Origin: an uncultured Planctomycetia bacterium
GTDB taxonomy: Bacteria; Omnitrophota; Gorgyraeia; CAYWPX01
Direction of reading: 5' to 3'
Length of the DNA stretch: 64,000 bases
Assembly (NCBI GenBank): GCA_964460615.1
Contig: CAYWPX010000005.1
Span: 9,524 to 73,523 of the forward strand
The notes under the pieces were generated by a model, which saw only the letters and a program-made list of their open reading frames with translations, did not search any database and was not told the DNA's origin. Positions within the stretch are counted from its first letter, which is position 1. Each line of letters starts with the position of its first letter. Below are positions 9,751 to 17,833 of the stretch, in pieces. The position numbers were made by a program, and so were the translations under genes.

Positions 9751-10968
9751 ATGAATATGAAAAATAAATTTATTGGAAATATAGTATTTGTCTTTTTATC
9801 AGTTCTTATAATTTTTATTTGCTCTGGATGTGCTACTTTGAGACATCCGGTCCCATCTAATATGATCGGCAAGGCTCATGTAGATAATATGTCGGATATA
9901 CGGACATTCTACGGTGATAGGGGTTCCGAACTGGCGAAGAATGCATTGCTGTCTTTCAAGGAAGAAAATATAACTGATTACCCTGTAAACTCCGATGGTA
10001 AGCGCGTCTATCCGCTGCTCTGCATATCCGGGGGCTCGGCAAATGGAGCATATGGGGCAGGATTATTAAATGGATGGTCAAAAGAAGGCTCAAGGCCCAA
10101 ATTTAAAGCCATTACCGGGGTATCCACCGGAGCTATAATAGCTCCTCTTGTATTCCTCGGCGAAGAATACGACGATATGGTAGAAAATCTTTATACAACT
10201 ATGGCGACAAAACAAGTAATGACTCTAAAAGGCCCTCTTAGGGCTCTCTTCGGAAATTCCCTTGCAAGCAACAAACCCTTAGAAAAACAGCTCGATAAAT
10301 ACATCACTGACGACATATTAAAAAAGATCGCAGATGAACATAAGCGCGGCCGAAGGCTATATGTGGGCACAACATACCTGGACGCGCAAAGATTTGTAAT
10401 ATGGGACATGGGCGCAATTGCCTTAAGAGGCGATGCGAAATTATTCCGAAAAGTTATTTTGGCTTCTGCTGCAATACCAATGGTATTCCCGCCTGTATTT
10501 ATTAAAGTGGAGGATAAAGGCAAAATATACGATGAGATGCACGTAGATGGCGGAACATTGATGCAGGCTTTCTCACTCTACAAAATATTTGAAGGGGAGG
10601 AAGAGAACGCCAAAAAAATGGGTATTGATCCGGAAAAGATAAAAGCAGATTACTACATTATAAGAAACGGATATTTTGACCCAAGCTATAAAGTCGTTGA
10701 TGATGAATTGGCTTCAATAGGAGGGCAAACGTTCGATACAATGATAAATTCTCAGGGCATTGGCGATGCTTACAGAATATATGCATTCATGCAACGAAGA
10801 GGCAATACTTATAACCTAGCGTTTATACCCGGAGATTTCAGGCCTCCCAAAAAAGAGGAATTTGACCCAAGCCAGATGAAAATGCTTTTTGATAAGGGAT
10901 ATGAGGACGCTGTTAACGGATATAAATGGAGCAATGTTCCGCCGGGGTTGGATATCAATAGGGAATAG
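9751..10968 (+). CDS. Patatin-like phospholipase lipoprotein
   Basis: Lipobox ICSGC, oxyanion-hole GGSANGAYGAG, nucleophile motif GVSTG (GxSxG), and a DGG Asp dyad motif further downstream. Confidence 0.75.
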   Translation: MNMKNKFIGNIVFVFLSVLIIFICSGCATLRHPVPSNMIGKAHVDNMSDIRTFYGDRGSELAKNALLSFKEENITDYPVNSDGKRVYPLLCISGGSANGAYGAGLLNGWSKEGSRPKFKAITGVSTGAIIAPLVFLGEEYDDMVENLYTTMATKQVMTLKGPLRALFGNSLASNKPLEKQLDKYITDDILKKIADEHKRGRRLYVGTTYLDAQRFVIWDMGAIALRGDAKLFRKVILASAAIPMVFPPVFIKVEDKGKIYDEMHVDGGTLMQAFSLYKIFEGEEENAKKMGIDPEKIKADYYIIRNGYFDPSYKVVDDELASIGGQTFDTMINSQGIGDAYRIYAFMQRRGNTYNLAFIPGDFRPPKKEEFDPSQMKMLFDKGYEDAVNGYKWSNVPPGLDINRE

Positions 10969-10983
10969 AATTACAGCCTCAGG

Positions 10984-11103
10984 CCTGCCAGCAAAGCTGG
11001 GGAGGTTACAAGAAGAAAGGGCAAAAGAGCACAAGAACACACGTCACCAGTTTAAAGCTTTTGCTGGTGCTCTGGTGACAGCAATACCGGTACTCTGGTG
11101 ATC
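10984..11103. repeat. Intergenic repeat family B, copy 1 (CCAGCAAAGCTGG palindrome; GTCACCAG-TTTAAAGCTTTTG-CTGGTGCTCTGGTGAC nested hairpin)
   Basis: Direct repeat of 13153-13309 (~80% identity). Nested inverted repeats read directly. Confidence 0.8.
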
Positions 11104-11130
11104 ATTGTACTCTTCTAGTTGCAAATTAAC

Positions 11131-11230
11131 TGATAGCTGAAACCTGCCTGCCAGCAGGCAGGGCTGATGGCTGATAGCTCATAGTAAAAAAACAAATAGC
11201 GATTAGCCAATTGGGCGAATAGGCGATTAG
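11131..11230. repeat. Intergenic module: CTGATAGCTGA - perfect palindrome CCTGCCTGCCAGCAGGCAGG - GCTGATGGCTGATAGCTCATAG - GCGATTAG x2 around the CCAATTGG palindrome
   Basis: Read directly. Shares AGCTGAT-type heptamers with the family-A tail. Confidence 0.6.
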
Positions 11231-11258
11231 GTAAAAATTTAAAAGGAATAAGAAAAGC

Positions 11259-12395
11259 GTGAAGCAAATAATTATAATTATCATAATCCTCGGTTCAATA
11301 GTAATGGCAATCCCCAGGCTCATTGAACCTATTATTGCGATTCAGACAAAAAAAGAACTAGAAAAAGTTTTTACACAAAGCAAAGTATCGGTCGGAAAAT
11401 GCATTTTCCGACCCACAAAATCTATCGCGCTTCAGGATATTTCAATAAATAAAAAAGGTTCTTACGATATCCATGTGAAAACCGCTGCGGTTCAGTATAA
11501 ACTTTCTACAATTTTCAGGCCGGGAGCCTTAAGGTTGTCTCTAAATGACGCAGCAATAAATGTACATACCCCGAAGGAAAATATTAATAAGTTAGCCCGC
11601 AATATTAGTCTTAAAGTAGGAAAATCCCCTCTATTCGGATACTTAACACTATCAGGCTTAAAAGTAGATATAAGCACAAAAGACCTTACTATTAAAGGTA
11701 CCGTGTCAGCGGGAGTCCGTCTTAGAAGGCAAACCATAGATACAATGGAAGTTAAAACGGACATCTTCAAGATGCAGGGAGTTGAGCTTAGCAATATATT
11801 CCTTAAGACAGATTCGGCTGAACCCCAAGGGGATTTTGGAATTGCAAAGATAAAATATAACGACCTCAATATCTACGACATGAACGGAAAGATCAAGTTG
11901 CAGGGCAAGGAGATAATATTTTCTGATTTTTCAGCTAATTCCCTGGGAGGCAAGATAGGCGGTAACCTTAACATTAAAATTGACAAGGAAGTGGTATATC
12001 TGCTTAATCTTATATGCACAGATATTGATATACAAAAATTAGTTACAGATTTCAAATTAAAAGAAAAATTTGATATGACCGGGTTAATTAATGGCGGCCT
12101 AAATCTTAAAGGTAATGGCATTAACATAGAATTACTATCCGGAGGTTTCTCGGTAGTACCTCCTGGAGGCATAATGTCTATAAAGGATACAAAATTTCTT
12201 GAGAACATGGCCAAATCGACTGACCAGCCGGTTGAATTAATAGTAGAAAGTTTTAGGAATTACAAGTATAATACAGGTATGATAGTACTTAGCTTTAAGG
12301 AGAACGATGTACTTCTTGATATGAATCTTGACGGCAACGCCGGCAAAAGAACTCTAAATGTAATAATGCATAATTTTAACAGTATTGTCCCATAA
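11259..12395 (+). CDS. AsmA/YdbH-like envelope protein
   Basis: N-terminal hydrophobic anchor. C-terminal Gly/Asn-rich beta-repeat region (GGKIGGNLNIKID, GGLNLKGNGINIE) resembling the AsmA-like C-terminal domain. Start is ambiguous: GTG at 11259 versus ATG at 11305. Confidence 0.45.
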   Translation: MKQIIIIIIILGSIVMAIPRLIEPIIAIQTKKELEKVFTQSKVSVGKCIFRPTKSIALQDISINKKGSYDIHVKTAAVQYKLSTIFRPGALRLSLNDAAINVHTPKENINKLARNISLKVGKSPLFGYLTLSGLKVDISTKDLTIKGTVSAGVRLRRQTIDTMEVKTDIFKMQGVELSNIFLKTDSAEPQGDFGIAKIKYNDLNIYDMNGKIKLQGKEIIFSDFSANSLGGKIGGNLNIKIDKEVVYLLNLICTDIDIQKLVTDFKLKEKFDMTGLINGGLNLKGNGINIELLSGGFSVVPPGGIMSIKDTKFLENMAKSTDQPVELIVESFRNYKYNTGMIVLSFKENDVLLDMNLDGNAGKRTLNVIMHNFNSIVP

Positions 12396-12551
12396 GCCCT
12401 AAATGAATTTTACCGGCAGCTTTACCGGAATAATTGAAGATAATAACATTAGATAATACCCGGCCGCTTCTAAATGGTCGCAGCCCTTGGTATTAATTCC
12501 TTCGACGTCGCTTTGAAAGTGCAAGTCGGAGCCATTAAGGAGAAATTTGTT

Positions 12552-13121
12552 ATGAAAAAAATCTTTACTTTATTAGCAGTGGCAATTTTTACTTTTGGGT
12601 GCGCCAGGGTAAGCTTGCAGGCACCCAAAGAACCCATAAAACTCGACATCTCCATGCGCCTTGATATCTACCAGCATGTCGAAAAGGATATCGACGCAAT
12701 TGAAGATTTGGTCTCCGGAGGAGGAGCAGCCGATAAGGTTGCAGCTCCGGATAAACAAAGTTTTCTGAACTCTTTTGTTTCAATCGCTTACGCAGAAGAT
12801 GGATTAAGCCCTGAGGTAGAAGAAGCCGCCTTAAGACGTAAATCAAGGCTTGGAGAGTTACGCTCATTAGAAACAAGTGGAGCTATTGGTGAAAGCAATA
12901 TGGGTTTAGTTGAGATAAGAGACTCTTCAAAAGCTGAAGGTTCTATTAATGAACTTATTAGAATGGAAAATAGCGACCGAATGATAATATACCGGTCTGT
13001 TGCTGAAAAAAACGGCACCACAGTTGAAGATGTGCAAAAAATATACGGTAAAAGACTCCAGAACGACGCACCTAGCGGAACCCCGATTGAAACCGATTCA
13101 GGGGAATGGAGCGTGAAATAA
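12552..13121 (+). CDS. YdbL-like lipoprotein (DUF1318)
   Basis: AAGGAG RBS and lipobox TFGCA. C-terminal region (IIYRSVAEKNGTTVEDVQKIYGKRL...GEW) resembles the YdbL/DUF1318 family, which in E. coli follows ydbH (AsmA-like). Confidence 0.5.
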   Translation: MKKIFTLLAVAIFTFGCARVSLQAPKEPIKLDISMRLDIYQHVEKDIDAIEDLVSGGGAADKVAAPDKQSFLNSFVSIAYAEDGLSPEVEEAALRRKSRLGELRSLETSGAIGESNMGLVEIRDSSKAEGSINELIRMENSDRMIIYRSVAEKNGTTVEDVQKIYGKRLQNDAPSGTPIETDSGEWSVK

Positions 13122-13152
13122 CGCCACATGCCACAAGCGCCAGGTCACAGGT

Positions 13153-13309
13153 CTGCCAGCAAAGCTGGCGAGGTTACAAGAAAAAAGTACGAAGGAACAC
13201 AAGAGCACACGTTACCAGTTTAAAGCTTTTACTTGTGTTCTTGTGACTTATGCTCTGGCAACAGCAATACTTGTGCTCTGGAAACATCAATACTTGTACT
13301 CTGGTGATC
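13153..13309. repeat. Intergenic repeat family B, copy 2 (internal duplication of the ACAGCAATAC-TTGTRCTCTGG unit)
   Basis: Alignment by eye with 10984-11103. Confidence 0.8.
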
Positions 13310-13362
13310 TGTGTAAGCCTGATTGAAGAGTACGATTGACAGAACAAAAAAAGGAGGAAATA

Positions 13363-13575
13363 ATGGCAAAATACGCACTATCAAGAAGAAAAGCGATCAG
13401 CCGCGCTCAGATGGGCAAAAATAATTCCTTTTATGGCAGAAAACATTCCAAAGAAACTCTTAAAAAGCTTTCCGCCGCCACCAAAGGAAAAAATAATCCC
13501 ATGTTCGGCAAACACCATTCCGTTGCGGCAAAACGAAAAATGAGACTTGCCAGACTACGAACAATTGGGAAATAG
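13363..13575 (+). CDS. Stand-alone protein with two NUMOD3 DNA-binding repeats (70 aa)
   Basis: Two tandem motifs, GKNNSFYGRKHSKETLKKLSAATKG and GKNNPMFGKHHSVAAKRKM, matching the NUMOD3 module of GIY-YIG/HNH homing endonucleases. No nuclease domain. AGGAGG RBS puts the start at 13363. Confidence 0.55.
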   Translation: MAKYALSRRKAISRAQMGKNNSFYGRKHSKETLKKLSAATKGKNNPMFGKHHSVAAKRKMRLARLRTIGK

Positions 13576-13611
13576 TCATATAATTTTGTTTGTGCAATAA
13601 AGGGCCGTTTA

Positions 13612-14622
13612 ATGGTTAAAACTAAGATAATAGCTACTCTCGGGCCGGCGTCATCTCGTGAAACAACGATAAGAAAAATGATGCTTGCCGGGATGGATGT
13701 TGTTAGATTTAATTTTTCTCACGCTAACACGGATGAACTACTGAGCAGGATCAGCATTATCAATAAACTGAACTCAAAATACCACAGGCATATTAGATTC
13801 CTCGGCGACTTACAAGGCCATCGCATACGAATAGGCTCTCTTCATAAGCCAATCCTTCTTATTAAACACAGAATCATATATCTTACTCAAAAAAATATTA
13901 TTGGAACCGATATTTTGGTCCCTTTTGATTATAAAGGACCTCTTGATAGTATTAAAACTGGCCATCACATTTTCATTGATGACGGGAATATCTCTCTTCA
14001 GGTAACAGGCCGGTCAAAAGATAAATTAAAAACAAAGGTAATTGTCGGAGGCCTGCTCAAAGAACATAAAGGCGTAAATATCCCTGATGCAAAACTCAAA
14101 TTCGACGGACTAAACATGAAAGATATCATTGATGCTGGGTTTTGTCAGGCCAATGGCGTAGATTATGTTGCGCAGTCATTTGTGCGGACAAAAAATGACA
14201 TTGACAGAGTTAGGGCGCTTTTTAATGAAGACTCTGGCATTAAAATAATTGCTAAGATCGAAAATAGAGACGGGATCAATAATATAGACAGCATTATTAA
14301 GGCATCCGACGGGATAATGATAGCGAGAGGGGATATGGGGGTATCAATACCTATATATGAAATCCCTATAATTCAAAAAATGATCATCAAAAAATGTAAT
14401 AAGTCGGGCAAATTTGTTATCACTGCCACCCAAATGCTCGAAAGCATGACCGAAAATCTTCGCCCTACACGTGCCGAGGTAACAGATGTAGCCAATGCCA
14501 TAATAGATGGCGCTGACTTTGTTATGCTTTCAGGAGAATCTGCCGTTGGTAAATATCCGTCCGAAACAATCACGATGATGAACAATATAATAAAATATAC
14601 TGAAAAATTTTTAAAACAATAG
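13612..14622 (+). CDS. Pyruvate kinase lacking the C-terminal (allosteric) domain
   Basis: Matches the PK barrel and B domain ([54 protein letters not shown]). Ends where the A domain ends, at 336 aa. Confidence 0.7.
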   Translation: MVKTKIIATLGPASSRETTIRKMMLAGMDVVRFNFSHANTDELLSRISIINKLNSKYHRHIRFLGDLQGHRIRIGSLHKPILLIKHRIIYLTQKNIIGTDILVPFDYKGPLDSIKTGHHIFIDDGNISLQVTGRSKDKLKTKVIVGGLLKEHKGVNIPDAKLKFDGLNMKDIIDAGFCQANGVDYVAQSFVRTKNDIDRVRALFNEDSGIKIIAKIENRDGINNIDSIIKASDGIMIARGDMGVSIPIYEIPIIQKMIIKKCNKSGKFVITATQMLESMTENLRPTRAEVTDVANAIIDGADFVMLSGESAVGKYPSETITMMNNIIKYTEKFLKQ

Positions 14623-14640
14623 AAGACTTTTAAAAATTAC

Positions 14641-15564
14641 ATGATAAATAAAATATTGGAAAAATTTTCGCGCCTTCTGGTTTTATGGGTAATATTAGCA
14701 GCTGGGATAGGATATATATATCCATATGTACTTACACCGCTCAAACCCTTTACTGACTGGCTATTTGCCTTTACCATGTTTGGTATAGGATGTCTCCTAT
14801 CGACAAAAGATTTTAAGCCTATAATTGAAAAACCAAAACTAATTTTTCTTGGTACTGCGGCACAATTTATTATAATGCCTATTTTGGCTTTTCTTATAAT
14901 AAAGTTTTTAAACGTCCCGCCGGTTTTGGCGATCGGACTTATATTAGCAGCGGCAGTCCCTGATGCTATGGCTGCGGGAGTAATGTCGTACCTGGCTGAA
15001 GCGGATGTGGCGTTTTCAGTAGCACTCACTACGGCTACCACTCTAATTTCACCAATCGTTACACCGGCTTTAACATACTTCTTAGGTAGGGAATACATAC
15101 CCATACAATTCTGGCCGATGGTATTAAGCATAATGCAGATGGTAATAATACCTCTTTTATTAGGGTTGTGGGTACAGCATAGATTCCATAAGATAACCTC
15201 AAAAATTAAGCCTGTTTTTCCGGCAATATCGACACTTTTTATCGCTTTTATCTGCGGCTTAGTTGTCGCGCTTAATAAAATGACCCTTAGCAGGATAACA
15301 ATAGTTATTTTTATAGCAGTTGTTCTCTTGAATATTTTTGGACTTATTTTAGGTTACTTGACAGGAAAGGGTTTTGGATTTAATCTTGCCCAGCGCAGGA
15401 CGCTTGCTATAAATGTAGGCATGCAAAATGCGGGCATGGGGGCGGTACTTGCCATAAAACACATATCAAGCGAAGCTGCAATACCAAATGCGCTTTTTGC
15501 AACTTGGTGTATCATTTCTGCTGCCATACTGGCAGAAATTTGGAGCGCCAAAAAACATATATAA
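14641..15564 (+). CDS. Bile acid:sodium symporter (BASS) family transporter
   Basis: Polytopic 307-aa protein with BASS-like organisation. Confidence 0.6.
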   Translation: MINKILEKFSRLLVLWVILAAGIGYIYPYVLTPLKPFTDWLFAFTMFGIGCLLSTKDFKPIIEKPKLIFLGTAAQFIIMPILAFLIIKFLNVPPVLAIGLILAAAVPDAMAAGVMSYLAEADVAFSVALTTATTLISPIVTPALTYFLGREYIPIQFWPMVLSIMQMVIIPLLLGLWVQHRFHKITSKIKPVFPAISTLFIAFICGLVVALNKMTLSRITIVIFIAVVLLNIFGLILGYLTGKGFGFNLAQRRTLAINVGMQNAGMGAVLAIKHISSEAAIPNALFATWCIISAAILAEIWSAKKHI

Positions 15565-15566
15565 AT

Positions 15567-15884
15567 ATGGGACCAATTAAATATTTTCATAATAAATTTA
15601 GATCTGCATCAAAACCAGTCAGATGGGGAATGATCGGAGCCATGATACTGCCGCTTTTTTATATAGTTCCTATGGTCATATCGCATTACCCCGACTTTGT
15701 CATCAATGTATTAGGACCATTTGGAATTATTATCTGGCTGATCCAGTGGATTTCATTTATTATCGGAGGATGGGCGTTTGCTATTGCTTCAACCATAATA
15801 TTTTTTATTTTATCGGGATATGTGTTTGGTTTTTTAATAGCTGTTTTTTTGTCTAAAAAGGGGAGAGAATATCGAGTCTTTTAA
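15567..15884 (+). CDS. Small hypothetical membrane protein
   Basis: ATG 2 nt after the BASS stop. Three predicted TM helices. Confidence 0.35.
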   Translation: MGPIKYFHNKFRSASKPVRWGMIGAMILPLFYIVPMVISHYPDFVINVLGPFGIIIWLIQWISFIIGGWAFAIASTIIFFILSGYVFGFLIAVFLSKKGREYRVF

Positions 15885-15900
15885 AAAATAACTAAAATCT

Positions 15901-16188
15901 ATGAAGAAAAAAAGTGTCCTCCAATTAACAATATTCTTTAATTTGCTTTTAAGCTTAATTATCGGGATATGCGGATTAGTCCATAGCCCCGAAGACTCAA
16001 CTAAAGGCATTGATATCGTACCTGATACTACAGTTACAGTGCTCAGAAAACTAGAGGCCTTCTTTACTGGAAATTTAGAATGGACCATGTCACCTGAGAT
16101 AAAACCAAATAAAGACGACTATACGCTTGACCCATTGGGCCGTGAGATACCGCGTTCTACACTTAATAACATCACCCAGGAAGATTAA
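15901..16188 (+). CDS. Small secreted hypothetical protein
   Basis: Signal-anchor N-terminus. No motif recognised. Confidence 0.35.
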   Translation: MKKKSVLQLTIFFNLLLSLIIGICGLVHSPEDSTKGIDIVPDTTVTVLRKLEAFFTGNLEWTMSPEIKPNKDDYTLDPLGREIPRSTLNNITQED

Positions 16189-16206
16189 AAAACTTTAGGA
16201 GCAACT

Positions 16207-16665
16207 ATGATAAAAAGGGATTCAACTCTACGAAATAATATTTTACAACTACTTAATAGCCAGAAATTAGGAGTTTTGGCTACTCAAAGCGAAATGTACC
16301 CGCATACTTCTTTGGTGGCCTATGCTTTTACAAAGGATCTTAAATTTATTATTTTTGCCACATTAAAAAATTCCAGAAAATTTAAAAATATTGAAAATCA
16401 TCCTGAAGTTTCAATATTAATCGATAACAGAAAAAACCGGACATCAGATTTTAAAAATGCCGTGGCTTTGACCGCAACCGGTATTGCTCTGAGGCCGTCT
16501 AAACTCCAAAATATTAGATACAGGTACCTTTACTTAAAATCCTTTCCTGATCTAAGGGGTTTTATTAACGATCCGGATTCTATGATAATCCCGCTGAAAG
16601 TAGATAAATATACTTACGTACAACAATTTCAAGAAGTTGCAGAACTTAAAATTAACAAAATATAA
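16207..16665 (+). CDS. Pyridoxamine 5'-phosphate oxidase-like FMN-binding protein
   Basis: PNPOx-like split-barrel pattern (QKLGVLATQSEMYPHTSLVAYAF...ILIDNRKN). Confidence 0.55.
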   Translation: MIKRDSTLRNNILQLLNSQKLGVLATQSEMYPHTSLVAYAFTKDLKFIIFATLKNSRKFKNIENHPEVSILIDNRKNRTSDFKNAVALTATGIALRPSKLQNIRYRYLYLKSFPDLRGFINDPDSMIIPLKVDKYTYVQQFQEVAELKINKI

Positions 16666-16676
16666 AGAGAATAAAT

Positions 16677-16940
16677 ATGATGAAAAAAAATATTATGAAC
16701 AATGAACGCGGAGGAGCCTTTACGCTATTAGGACTTTTATTAGCATTGGCTATTATATGTTTTTTAATTATTAAAATGTTTTCGGGTTATACCGCGAGTG
16801 AATCCCTTGATAAAGAAACAAAAAAATCATTATCCAAAGAAGGTATAAATTTAGAAGGCCCCAAAAAGATCTTGGATAGCACCAGAGATATCATTAAGCA
16901 ATCTAATAAAAGCACTCAGAAAATAGAAGAAGTTAAGTAA
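16677..16940 (+). CDS. Small membrane-anchored hypothetical protein
   Basis: One TM helix, Lys-rich tail. Confidence 0.35.
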   Translation: MMKKNIMNNERGGAFTLLGLLLALAIICFLIIKMFSGYTASESLDKETKKSLSKEGINLEGPKKILDSTRDIIKQSNKSTQKIEEVK

Positions 16941-16945
16941 AACTT

Positions 16946-17097
16946 AGCTCATGGCTCATGGCTCATAGAAAAAGATAGGAGAAGCTTCAGGCCGCAAGTC
17001 ACAGGCTACAGGTAAAAGATTGGACCAAAAACGCCGTACTCCGTACGCCGTACTAAAAGAAAAATAGCTGATGGCTGAAAGCTGATAGCTGGTAGCT
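16946..17097. repeat. Intergenic repeat family A, copy 2, with a heptamer tail (AGCTGAT,GGCTGAA,AGCTGAT,AGCTGGT)
   Basis: Near-identical to 6828-6946. The tail module recurs at 3728, 9683 and 11133-11175. Confidence 0.8.
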
Positions 17098-17119
17098 AAT
17101 ACAGTCAACGCATAATATT

Positions 17120-17833
17120 ATGAAAAAACAAACCAAAAAAAGACGCAAAAATATATTTCACAAACTCAGCCAAATAAAGATACTATCTTTCAGTCTTATT
17201 GAATTACTCATAGTAATTGCTATGGTAGGAATCCTTGCCGGATTGCTTTTGCCGACTATGGGCAAGGCAAGAGAAGGAGCGCGCCGGGCTCAGTGCGCTA
17301 ATAACCTGAGGCAAATAGGCATAGCTTGGCAACTCTATCTAGAGGACCACAACGATACATTTTGGGTAGGGCCGATTGCACCGAGTACTACATTTGGCGG
17401 AAAACGCGGCACTGTAGGAGGCGGATTAGATATCGGGCCAAAAGAAAGGCCTTTAAATACCTATGTTGGTATTGATACATCGAGACCGGAAGATGAGGTC
17501 CAATCCGACCCCGGCATGGAAGTATTTCACTGCCCAAGCGACACGGGAAGCAATAATCAATTTACTCAGTTTGGAAACTCTTATTACGCTAATCTATCGG
17601 TATTGGGCAAGAATACTGCATCTTTCACAACTTCTTTTTCGAAACTGATACTATGCTACGACAAAATTGGTTTAATTGATTATCACGGCAGTGTCGGCCC
17701 CGATAAACTTATAAATATCTTATTAATGGACGGGCATGTTAGGATGTTTAAATGGCCCAAAGAAGTAGATGCTATTATAGAAGGGCCTGTTAAGCAAAAC
17801 GATCCCTCTAAGGACGCATATTTGCAGCCATAA
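17120..17833 (+). CDS. Prepilin-type N-terminal cleavage/methylation domain protein with DUF1559 (H-X9-DG) C-terminus
   Basis: [22 protein letters not shown] class-III signal/pseudopilin N-terminus. C-terminal LMDGHVRMF matches the H-X9-DG DUF1559 tail typical of PVC-group bacteria. Confidence 0.75.
   Translation: MKKQTKKRRKNIFHKLSQIKILSFSLIELLIVIAMVGILAGLLLPTMGKAREGARRAQCANNLRQIGIAWQLYLEDHNDTFWVGPIAPSTTFGGKRGTVGGGLDIGPKERPLNTYVGIDTSRPEDEVQSDPGMEVFHCPSDTGSNNQFTQFGNSYYANLSVLGKNTASFTTSFSKLILCYDKIGLIDYHGSVGPDKLINILLMDGHVRMFKWPKEVDAIIEGPVKQNDPSKDAYLQP

Noticed and set aside
12396-12551. Search for a ynbE-like small lipoprotein between the AsmA-like and YdbL-like genes
   Set aside because: The only ORF is 17 codons (MNFTGSFTGIIEDNNIR) without a lipobox, so no YnbE equivalent is present.
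3604-17110. Possibility that the intergenic repeats are a CRISPR array or IS/MITE
   Set aside because: They lack regularly spaced identical direct repeats with unique spacers. They have no terminal inverted repeats, target-site duplications or transposase. The copies are mosaic rather than unit-length.
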